DNA from: Leptonemataceae bacterium
Lineage (GTDB): Bacteria > Spirochaetota > Leptospiria > Leptospirales > Leptonemataceae
Length of the DNA: 64,000 bases
Assembly: GCA_965227295.1 (NCBI GenBank)
Contig: OZ245742.1
Span: forward strand, 3,328,001 to 3,392,000
Reading direction: 5' to 3'
Every line of letters starts with the position of its first letter. Position 1 is the first letter of the stretch. The translations under genes were made by a program, and so were the position numbers. Below are positions 19,066 to 27,072 of this stretch, piece after piece. The notes below the pieces were generated by a model. It saw nothing but the letters and a program-made list of their open reading frames with translations. It did no database searches and had not been told where the DNA came from.

Positions 19066-21105
19066 TCACGAGACGCCCACGGTCTGCCCGGTCACGGCGT
19101 CGGCGGTCCAGCCGAGTTCGCGGGCTTTCTCGCGAGCCTGCTTCGGAATGTCCGCGGCAATCAGGTTGCGGTGCAGAATCTGAACGCCCAGCAGGTGATT
19201 GATGACCGCGTCCAGTTGCACCAGGGTCGCCGCGGGGGTGTCCGGAGAATCGTGGAGCGCAAAGAGCGAACGCACGCCGTCCAGGTCCAGGATGCCGGCG
19301 TCTTTGATCGCAGCGTCGCTAAGGTAATCTTGTGCTAAGTTACGCATGGCCTGCATCTTCGTTTCGTCCGTGTGGGCCGGCGGGGCCATGAAGGCGAACT
19401 TCTCGCGTTCGTAGAGCACGCGCGGCAGCACGCCCTTCATGGCTTCGCGCAGGACGTACTTTTCAATGCGGTTTTTGATGCGATACTCCGGCGGGATCGT
19501 CGCGGCGGCCTCGGCCAGGTGATGATCCAGAAACGCCGGCCGGGCTTCCATGGAGTTCGCCATGTCCACACGGTCGCCGCCCCAGGTCAGGATCTGACCC
19601 TCGAGCATGGTCTTGATCCAGACGTACTGCGCCGCGTCCAGCGGATGGCGATTGCGTAACTGTTCTCCGTCCAGGGCCGCGGCGATGGCCTCGCCGGGTT
19701 TGTAGCCGTTCAGTTCGCCGCGCATGTCGCCGTGCATGAGGGCCGGCACGCGGGAGGACGCGGCGAGCCAGGGTTGCAGACACGACGGCGTGAATCCCAC
19801 GAGAGAACTGAGGGCGGGATCGTCGATCTCGTCTTCGGCGAGCATGGCGCCGCTGAAGAGTTTGTTGGATTCGTCGAGCATGCGTTGCCATTCCGCGCGA
19901 TCGCCCTCGGGCAGTTCGTGCAGGCCGTGCATGAACATGTCCCGGCGAAAGCTAGGATAACCGGCGAAGAGTTCGTCGGAACCCTCACCGGTGACCACGA
20001 CCTTGTAGCCGGTGTTGTGGACGTGACGCGACATGAGCAGTTTTGCCACGCCCAGGGTGTTGTAGATCGTACGTTCGGTGTGCCAGTGGGTTTCCACGAA
20101 GTTGTCGTAGAGATGGTCGGCGTCGAGCATCATGATGTCGTGGTCCGCATCCACCGCGGCGGCCATCTGCTTCGCAATGCCGCTTTCATCGTAGGCGTCG
20201 TTATCGAAGCCGATGGTGAAAGCCTTCACCGGATCCTGGCGGTGCGCCGCGGCCAGGCCCAGAATCGAGCAGGAGTCGATGCCGCCGGACAGATAACAAC
20301 CCACCGGGACGTCGGCCACTAATCGTAACTGAATGGCTTCTAAGAGCTTCTCGCGAACGAGGTCGACGTAGTATTCCTCGGATTTCATTTCCCGGCCGCC
20401 GCGCTCCGGGAAGGGCATGTCCCAGTAGGGGCGTTCGCTGATTTCGAATTGGCCGTTGCGGCGTTTGACGGTGACCAGGGTGGCCGGTTTCACCTGCTCC
20501 ACCCCGGCGTAGGGGGTCGAGCCCGGTACGATGGTCTGCATGAGCTGGTGGTACACGCCCCGGGCGTGGAAACGCCGCGGCGCCTCGGGATGAGCGAAGA
20601 TGGACTTGATTTCGGAGCCGAAGATTAAGGTCTTTTTGTCGTCACTTAAGGCGTAGTACATCGGCTTAATGCCGAAGCGGTCCCGGACCATGTAGAGGGT
20701 GTCGTTCTCGCGATCGAAGAGGGAGAACGAGAACTCGCCGCGCAGGTACGGCAGCATGCCGTCGATGCCGTAGCGCGGATACAGGTGCAGCAGAATCTCG
20801 GAGTCGCTCTTGGTGCGAAAGCGTGCGCCGCGAGCGGTGAGATCGGCGCGGATGCGCTGGAAGTCGTAGAACTCACCGTTGTGGGCGATCAGCAGCTTGT
20901 TGTCCTCCGAGACGAAGGGCTGCTGGGCCGTGTGCGCGAGGTCGATGATCGAGAGGCGCGCGTGAGAGAAACCCACGCCGTCCATGATCTGATAACCGTA
21001 GCCGTCCGGTCCGCGGTGCCACTGGATGGCGGCCTGAGCGACCAGGGTCTCCGGATCGACCGGTTTGTTTTTATCGGCGTGAATGAAACCTGAAATTCCG
21101 CACAT
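19066..21105 (-). CDS. asnB: Asparagine synthase (glutamine-hydrolysing)-family amidotransferase
   Basis: N-terminal nucleophile MCGISG, HRGPD, HNGEFY, PP-loop LSGGIDS, TGEGSDELFAGY. Confidence 0.92.
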   Translation of the reverse strand: MCGISGFIHADKNKPVDPETLVAQAAIQWHRGPDGYGYQIMDGVGFSHARLSIIDLAHTAQQPFVSEDNKLLIAHNGEFYDFQRIRADLTARGARFRTKSDSEILLHLYPRYGIDGMLPYLRGEFSFSLFDRENDTLYMVRDRFGIKPMYYALSDDKKTLIFGSEIKSIFAHPEAPRRFHARGVYHQLMQTIVPGSTPYAGVEQVKPATLVTVKRRNGQFEISERPYWDMPFPERGGREMKSEEYYVDLVREKLLEAIQLRLVADVPVGCYLSGGIDSCSILGLAAAHRQDPVKAFTIGFDNDAYDESGIAKQMAAAVDADHDIMMLDADHLYDNFVETHWHTERTIYNTLGVAKLLMSRHVHNTGYKVVVTGEGSDELFAGYPSFRRDMFMHGLHELPEGDRAEWQRMLDESNKLFSGAMLAEDEIDDPALSSLVGFTPSCLQPWLAASSRVPALMHGDMRGELNGYKPGEAIAAALDGEQLRNRHPLDAAQYVWIKTMLEGQILTWGGDRVDMANSMEARPAFLDHHLAEAAATIPPEYRIKNRIEKYVLREAMKGVLPRVLYEREKFAFMAPPAHTDETKMQAMRNLAQDYLSDAAIKDAGILDLDGVRSLFALHDSPDTPAATLVQLDAVINHLLGVQILHRNLIAADIPKQAREKARELGWTADAVTGQTVGVS

Positions 21106-21188
21106 AGTATTGAGTATCCTTTCGTTGATTCTTTGCTTGCTGCGCTTTTCGTTAAACTACTTACGAAAACACGCCGCGACCAGTGCGC

Positions 21189-21962
21189 TCAATTTGCGCC
21201 CTGGTGTTGCATGCGCGGCGGCATGCCCTTCGGCGGGCCGAGCTGGGACTCCACTTCCCGGATGCCCTCGGCCGTGCTGAGAATGCGCGCGTACCGATCC
21301 CGCAGGCCGGCGATGGTAAACTCCTGCAATTGTGAAGTTACCGTGGTGCACGCATCGTCGATGACCGTCACGAGATAACCTATGTCACAGGCGTCCCGAA
21401 CGGTGGTGGAGACGCATTCGTTGGTGTAGACGCCGGTGACGAAGAGGGCGTCGATCTCCATGTTTTTTAAGATGTAGTTCAGATTCGTCGAAGAAAAAAC
21501 ACCGCTGGCGGTCTTGTTGATGATGAGTTCATCGCCTTCCGGTTCGACCGCTTCCAGGAATTCCGCTTCTTTGCTGCCCGGGGCCGCGTGCAGACCCAGG
21601 CGTTTGTGGCCGGCGCTGCGATCCCGACCGTCCATGGTCAGCGACTGAATGCGCGTGTGGATCACTTCCAGGCCGTGGGTGCGGAAACAATCCTGGAGGC
21701 GCCGTACGTTCGGCAGTACCGTGTGTTTCAACGAGTCGAAGTAGTAGCGTTGTGCTTCCGGCGGTACGCCCGAGGCCGCCGCGTCCTTAAAGACGCCGTA
21801 GCCCTCGGCGGCGTCCAGGTACTGCAGGTCGATGCACAGCAGCGCCGTATGATAGCGACGAATGGCGGCACGACGCTCCGGAACGTTCGCGATGGTTTCG
21901 CGATAGCTCTTCTTGAGCGGATCGAGGTTTTCGTTTTCGGGGTTATCGACGACTGTGCTCAT
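21189..21962 (-). CDS. Isochorismatase-family cysteine hydrolase (amidase)
   Basis: Asp-Lys-Cys triad in ALLCIDLQ, INKTASGVF and GVYTNECV; AAGGATAGGGA ribosome-binding site upstream of ATG 21962. Confidence 0.9.
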   Translation of the reverse strand: MSTVVDNPENENLDPLKKSYRETIANVPERRAAIRRYHTALLCIDLQYLDAAEGYGVFKDAAASGVPPEAQRYYFDSLKHTVLPNVRRLQDCFRTHGLEVIHTRIQSLTMDGRDRSAGHKRLGLHAAPGSKEAEFLEAVEPEGDELIINKTASGVFSSTNLNYILKNMEIDALFVTGVYTNECVSTTVRDACDIGYLVTVIDDACTTVTSQLQEFTIAGLRDRYARILSTAEGIREVESQLGPPKGMPPRMQHQGAN

Positions 21963-21976
21963 ATCCCTATCCTTTT

Positions 21977-22086
21977 GCCACAGAGGCACAGAGAACACAG
22001 AGAAGAAAGTTTTGGGGAGCAGGCGGCGTATGATCGGAGGGCCCACCATCCCTTAAAAAACTCTGTGTCCTCTGTGCCTCTGTGGC
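21977..22086. repeat. Short element with 26-bp terminal inverted repeats (CACAGAG-type)
   Basis: GCCACAGAGGCACAGAGAACACAGAG ... CTCTGTGTCCTCTGTGCCTCTGTGGC (25 of 26 positions complementary). Confidence 0.85.
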
Positions 22087-22093
22087 CAATGGT

Positions 22094-23350
22094 TTACCCG
22101 GCCTCCGCCAGTTTCAAGAGTGTGTTCAACGCCACGTTCGCTCCCGCTTCGATGTCCTCCCAGTGCGTCCACTCGCGCGAGCTGTGCGAGCGCCCGTCTT
22201 TACTGGGCACGAAGATCATACCCATGGGCGTGATGCGCGCCATGATCTGGGCGTCGTGCACGGCGCCGCTCGGCATGTTGTGTGTTTTTAAATTCAGTTC
22301 GCCGGCGGTTTGCTGGATGGCCTGGACGATGGACGGTTCGCAGGGCACGGGCTTGACCTCGCTCAGTACGTCGAATTCGAACATGAGGTCCCGGCGCCGG
22401 GCGATGGCCGAGAGCGCGCGGCGGTACGCGTCGGATAAATCACGGAGGACATCTTCGCTGGTATCCCGAACATCCAGGGAAAACTCCACGTTGCCGGGGA
22501 CGGTGTTCGCCGTGCCCGGGAAGAGATGCACCCGGCCGATCGTCGAGACCGAGTTCTCCGCGCCGTGCTCTTCTAAAATGCGCGGGATCTCCGTAGAAAA
22601 TTCCGCGAGACCACCCAGGGCGTCGCGGCGCATGCGCATGGGCGTGGTGCCGGCATGATCCGCCGCCCCGATCAATCGTACGTTCCACTTAAAGAGACCG
22701 GTGATGTTCTCAACGACGCCGATGGGGATGCTCGTACTGTCCAGGACCGGCCCCTGTTCGATGTGCAGTTCCAGGTAACAACGTAACGTATCCGGATGTC
22801 GCCGGGCGCGCAGGGCGTCCATAACGTCCAGGCCCTGTTGTTTCATGGCTTCTTCCAGGCGCAGGCCGTCGAGATCGGCGGCGGTCTTCAGCCGTTTCGG
22901 GTTTACGTCGCCGACCAGGGACTGCGAACCGAGCAGACCGCCGAAGCGACCTTCTTCGTCGCTGAAGGCCACCATCTCCAGGCCGTACTTCGTTTGAATG
23001 TTTTGCTCGCGGATGCACCGCAGGCATTCCAGCGCGGTGAGTACGCCGAGGGCGCCGTCCAGGTGACCGGCCGCGGGGACCGTATCGATGTGCGAGCCCA
23101 TGAGAACCGAGGGCCGGCCTTCGGCGCAGTTGACCTTGCCGAAGAGATTCGCCGCTCCGTCCTGTTCGAAGTCCAGGCCGCCGTCTTCGATGCGGGCCTT
23201 GAGCCAGGCGCGGGCTTCCATGTCCCCGGGCGTAAAGGCCATGCGATAGATGCCGTGGTCGTCCTCGGACGCTCCGATCTTCGCGAGCTCGTTGATGTCG
23301 CGTTTGAGGCGATCGAAGTTGATTTTCAGTTGGCTGAGGGTCGCGGTCAT
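22094..23350 (-). CDS. Zn-dependent M20 amidohydrolase, N-carbamoyl-L-amino-acid hydrolase/allantoate amidohydrolase family
   Basis: GSHIDTV, HLDGALG, DEEG, ELHIEQGP, DHAGTTPM, SGAVHDA and SHS motifs; start at MTATLSQL. Confidence 0.93.
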   Translation of the reverse strand: MTATLSQLKINFDRLKRDINELAKIGASEDDHGIYRMAFTPGDMEARAWLKARIEDGGLDFEQDGAANLFGKVNCAEGRPSVLMGSHIDTVPAAGHLDGALGVLTALECLRCIREQNIQTKYGLEMVAFSDEEGRFGGLLGSQSLVGDVNPKRLKTAADLDGLRLEEAMKQQGLDVMDALRARRHPDTLRCYLELHIEQGPVLDSTSIPIGVVENITGLFKWNVRLIGAADHAGTTPMRMRRDALGGLAEFSTEIPRILEEHGAENSVSTIGRVHLFPGTANTVPGNVEFSLDVRDTSEDVLRDLSDAYRRALSAIARRRDLMFEFDVLSEVKPVPCEPSIVQAIQQTAGELNLKTHNMPSGAVHDAQIMARITPMGMIFVPSKDGRSHSSREWTHWEDIEAGANVALNTLLKLAEAG

Positions 23351-23391
23351 GGCTGGCTCCGGTGGTGTTATTAAGATATGTGCATCTGATG

Positions 23392-24498
23392 TTAGTTGCC
23401 GTTCTCTTCCGTATGCGGCTGCGGTGCCACGTCGATTACCTGGTTGATGCGCTGAGTAAGGCAGGTGAGCAGCGCCATGCGGGCGAAGACGGCTCCCCGG
23501 GCCTGGGCGAAGTACCAGTTGTGTTCCGTGTCGTCCAGGCTGACGTCCAGTTCCTCGCCCCGGGCCAGGGGGTGCAGAACTACGGCGCCGTCTTTCAACG
23601 GCGAACTCCCGGAGAGTTTGATGTCGCCGGTCAGAGTCTCGTAGGTTTCCCCGACCCAGGCGATGGAGTTGATGTAAACCACGTCCAGTTCCGGCAGGAC
23701 CTCTTTCAGGCGCTTTTCCACGCGCACGTTCAGCCCCTCGGCCTCGAGTTCCTCTTTCTGACCCTCGTCGAAGATGTTTTCCCGCGGGTTGATGACCACC
23801 ACCTCGTGGACGGCGTCCTTGATGAGCGTGAACATCAGCAACAGGCTGCGCACCGTACGCATGCGGCCGGGAGTGCCGATCACGCCGATGCGAATCTTTC
23901 GATCTTCCGGGAGCTTGCCGTCGCAGAGGTCCGGCCGCCACTTGAAGAGCGTGTACATATCCGCCAGGGCCTGGGTGGGATGTTCGTCGATGCCGTTCCC
24001 CGCGTTGATGATGGGAATGCGCAGCGCGGACAGCATGGTGTACACGGAGTCGTCGCGGTTGTCGCGCAGGACCATGACGTCGCCGTAGTTGCTGAACATT
24101 TCGGCGACGTCGTGCAGGGATTCGCCCTTGGCCATGCCGGTGGTGGCCGGGTCCGTGATGGACATGATGTCCCCGCCCAGTCGATGCCAGGCGCTTTCGA
24201 AGGAGATGCGCGTGCGCGTGCTGGGTTCGTAGAATGCGCTGATCATCAGTTTGCCGGCGAGGGGTTTGTACATCAGCCGGGGCCGGCATTCGTAGCTCGC
24301 GGCCAGGCGACAGATTTGCACCAGGGCGGACAGATCGAACTGGCGCGCCGAGACGATGTGATGGTTCGCCAGTTTCTGCAAATGCTCCGGCTTTTCGCTG
24401 ACGTGTTCGACGAGCGCCGCCGGACGTTCGATGCCGTTGACGCCGTCGCGGACTTCCACGGGTTGCGTTAGAAGGGGGTGTAGTTTATCTCGCAGCAT
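23392..24498 (-). CDS. Aspartate-carbamoyltransferase-like carbamoyltransferase (PyrB paralog with altered acceptor site)
   Basis: FYEPSTRT, KGESL, INAGNG..EHPTQ and LHPLAR present; YINSIAWVG replaces the canonical YxTRxQxER. Confidence 0.88.
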   Translation of the reverse strand: MLRDKLHPLLTQPVEVRDGVNGIERPAALVEHVSEKPEHLQKLANHHIVSARQFDLSALVQICRLAASYECRPRLMYKPLAGKLMISAFYEPSTRTRISFESAWHRLGGDIMSITDPATTGMAKGESLHDVAEMFSNYGDVMVLRDNRDDSVYTMLSALRIPIINAGNGIDEHPTQALADMYTLFKWRPDLCDGKLPEDRKIRIGVIGTPGRMRTVRSLLLMFTLIKDAVHEVVVINPRENIFDEGQKEELEAEGLNVRVEKRLKEVLPELDVVYINSIAWVGETYETLTGDIKLSGSSPLKDGAVVLHPLARGEELDVSLDDTEHNWYFAQARGAVFARMALLTCLTQRINQVIDVAPQPHTEENGN

Positions 24499-24517
24499 AG
24501 AGTTTGTTAGATTACGT

Positions 24518-24640
24518 TTACCAGATCTTACCGGAGCGCCAGTCCCGAATGAAGATCACCAGCAGCGAAATCGGTGCCGTCGCGGCGACCAGCAGGGCCG
24601 CGGTTACCAGTATGGAAAGAAACGTTACGGATACGATCAT
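24518..24640 (-). CDS. 40-aa single-pass membrane peptide
   Basis: MIVSVTFLSILVTAALLVAATAPISLLVIFIRDWRSGKIW; its ATG overlaps the symporter stop (ATGA). Confidence 0.7.
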   Translation of the reverse strand: MIVSVTFLSILVTAALLVAATAPISLLVIFIRDWRSGKIW

Positions 24641-26094
24641 AACGTGGTACCTCCGGCCTGGACCTCGGCGTCGTGGCTTTCCTGTAAGTCTTTCCAGTCG
24701 AACTCCCGCGGCGCGATGAGCGTAAAACCGACGGTGCACACCATGGAAACAACGGCACCGACGAGGGCCGCGGTGTACCAGCCGATCATGTCGTACGAAA
24801 CCAGGCCCAGCACACTGCCCAGCACCATGCCGAGCAAGGCGCCGGTGGGATTCGTCTTGCGCCAGTAGAGTCCCGCCGCCACCGGCCAGATGGTGGAGGC
24901 CACGAAAGAGCCGGTGAAGTGCAGGATCTTTCCGAGGGTGTCGATGTTCGGCAACGAAACGAGCCAGGTGAGCAGACCCAGGCCGACGATGACGAACGAA
25001 CCCGCGCGGCGCAGGTGTTGTTGCGAAGCGCCGGGGTTGAGATGTTTGCGATAGATGTCTTCGAGGATGAGATCCGACGTCGCGGCGAGCAGCGAGTCCA
25101 GCGACGAGGCCAGGGCCGAGAAGACGATGATGAACACGATGACCGCGCCGGCGGTGCCGAGAAGATTCGCCGCGATCATGGGGCCGACCATGTCCGAGCG
25201 CGGTACGTTCAGCCCGATGACCGGCGCGGCCAGCGCCACGAAACCCGCGGCGATGGGGATCGGCGTCCAGAAGATGCCGGCTAACAGATACGCCTTGAAG
25301 CCGACGCCTTCACCGAAAGCGAAGGCCCGGGACCACCAGACGTTCGAATGAAAGATTTCCCCCATACCGAAGAGCAGGTTGTTGAACAGAAACATCATCG
25401 CCGCCGGCATGAGCAGGTTCAGCAGTTCGGGCCGCTCCGAGGAGAGTTGCATGTGCATGTCTTCGAAGCCGACACGACTGATCGTCAAAAAGCCGAGGAT
25501 CACAATGCCCGTGATGATGATGACCGTTTGAATGAAGTCCGTGCCGATGACCGCGCGCAAACCGCCGAGCAGGGTATACACGACGCAGATACCCAGGATC
25601 ACCGACATGCCGAGGTGGTAGGGTAATCCGGAGAGGGCGTGGATGAGAACACCGCCGGCCATGGCCAGGCTCACGAGCCAGCCCATGCTGTAGACGAGAC
25701 TAATTAGAAGAAAAACGCGCCAGGCCCAGACCCCGTAGCGCAGGCGAATGAAATCGCCGCTGGTGTAGCCGGCCGGCATGAGCCGACGGATGCGTGCGGC
25801 CATGGGGGCGAAGAGGATCAAGCCCACACTGCCCAGGCTGTAGCCGATCATGCCCCAGATGCCGAGCTCGTACGCGAACTGCGGGGCGACCATGGTCGTG
25901 GATGCGGTGACCCAGGTGGCCATGGCCGTGGCCGTGCCGAGGGCCAGGCCCACCCGGCGACCGGCGAGCATGAAATCGTCGAGGGCGTCCTGGCCGCGCC
26001 CCCACCACCAGCCCAGGAAAATCCAGAGCACGCTGAAGGCGGCGAGCAAAGCGCCGGCCACATAAGGATCTAAGATAGCATCGTTAACATTCAT
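24637..26094 (-). CDS. Sodium:solute symporter family transporter (Dur3/urea-transporter-like)
   Basis: FMLAGRRVG, WVTASTT, YTLLGGLRAVIGTDFIQ, FSALASSLDSLL; about 13 TM segments. Confidence 0.9.
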   Translation of the reverse strand: MNVNDAILDPYVAGALLAAFSVLWIFLGWWWGRGQDALDDFMLAGRRVGLALGTATAMATWVTASTTMVAPQFAYELGIWGMIGYSLGSVGLILFAPMAARIRRLMPAGYTSGDFIRLRYGVWAWRVFLLISLVYSMGWLVSLAMAGGVLIHALSGLPYHLGMSVILGICVVYTLLGGLRAVIGTDFIQTVIIITGIVILGFLTISRVGFEDMHMQLSSERPELLNLLMPAAMMFLFNNLLFGMGEIFHSNVWWSRAFAFGEGVGFKAYLLAGIFWTPIPIAAGFVALAAPVIGLNVPRSDMVGPMIAANLLGTAGAVIVFIIVFSALASSLDSLLAATSDLILEDIYRKHLNPGASQQHLRRAGSFVIVGLGLLTWLVSLPNIDTLGKILHFTGSFVASTIWPVAAGLYWRKTNPTGALLGMVLGSVLGLVSYDMIGWYTAALVGAVVSMVCTVGFTLIAPREFDWKDLQESHDAEVQAGGTTL

Positions 26095-26112
26095 GAAAAT
26101 AAAACTTGCGGA

Positions 26113-26580
26113 TTAACTTTTGCGTCGCTCGCGCATCCAGCCGCTGAGAATCATGGCGGCGGTGGCCAGAAAGACCAGGGCCCCGGTGATGAGAAACGAG
26201 AAGGCGCGCTCGAGGGAATGGTGTTCCACGGTGACGCTCAGAGTTTCGCTCCAGGGCGTTCGGGTTCCGTCGCCGCGCTCCACGTGCACGCGATAATAGT
26301 ACGTGCCGTCGGCTTTGCCGCTGATGGTCGTGCCGCTGTCTTTGCCGTCGTAGACCTGACGGCGTTCGCCCTGGACGAAGTCCGGGGTGGGGGCTTCTTC
26401 GACGTAGAAAGATGCGAAGTCGCCGGAAGGCGCGGCCCAGTTCAGTGAATAGTAACCGCCGGTGGATTTCTGTTCCAGATCGCCGTCCCAGACCGGGGCC
26501 GATCCGTCCTGCGCGCCCAAGGGCAGCGTGAAGAGCAGGGCCGCGGCCGTGACTGCGAAACAGCGGATGCTTGCTAACAT
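26113..26580 (-). CDS. Exported fibronectin-type-III-like domain protein with C-terminal TM anchor
   Basis: Signal peptide; YSLNW...YVEE...GTYYYRV...PWSE Fn3 pattern; hydrophobic C-terminus followed by RERRKS. Confidence 0.7.
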   Translation of the reverse strand: MLASIRCFAVTAAALLFTLPLGAQDGSAPVWDGDLEQKSTGGYYSLNWAAPSGDFASFYVEEAPTPDFVQGERRQVYDGKDSGTTISGKADGTYYYRVHVERGDGTRTPWSETLSVTVEHHSLERAFSFLITGALVFLATAAMILSGWMRERRKS

Positions 26581-26605
26581 TGTGTGAGTATAAGTTACGA
26601 TGCCG

Positions 26606-26938
26606 CTACTCCGTTTTTTTTACAGGCTCCCTGCCGATTTCGATCATCTGCTCGACCGGGATGACCAGGATTTTGCCGTCGGCTTCGTTGTCCGTGCGGG
26701 CGATGTCCTGGATGAGCCGGGTGATGTTTTCCACCTGGTCGTCGTTGATCATCATCATGACCATGGTGCGCGCGTCGGAGTCCACGGCGTACTCGGTGCC
26801 GCGATAGAATTCCTGAAAGTTCGAACCGGCGGACTCGTGAATGGGTACGAAGCGAAGGTCGGAAACGCCGGCTTCGAGCAGGGCGTCTTTGAGTGCGTCG
26901 AGTTTGAACGGCTTAACGTAGGCTTCGATTTTTTTCAT
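26606..26938 (-). CDS. Divergent P-II family nitrogen regulatory protein
   Basis: MKKIEAYVKPFKLD..KDAL, T-loop YRGTEY, DGKILVIPVE. Confidence 0.85.
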   Translation of the reverse strand: MKKIEAYVKPFKLDALKDALLEAGVSDLRFVPIHESAGSNFQEFYRGTEYAVDSDARTMVMMMINDDQVENITRLIQDIARTDNEADGKILVIPVEQMIEIGREPVKKTE

Positions 26939-27072
26939 GAGGTTGGCGCCGCCAGCATACACGCCGTTTGAAACAGGCGCAGATTGCCGCGAATATAGGC
27001 ATATTCAGGCTGCCCGGCAAGAGGAAGCGCATGACAGAATGTCGCACGCGCCAATACTGTCAAGGAGTGTTC

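Noticed and set aside
22094..24289. Apparent 731-aa fusion or overlap with the carbamoyltransferase
   Set aside because: The N-terminal extension is an Arg/Gly-rich off-frame reading of the carbamoyltransferase gene; the hydrolase starts at 23350.
23392..24498. Canonical pyrB
   Set aside because: The RxQxER aspartate-binding motif is missing and no pyr genes are adjacent, so the symbol was withheld.
26939..27072. Sigma-54 promoter upstream of the PII gene
   Set aside because: TTGGCGCG is present on the minus strand but there is no TTGC at the required spacing.
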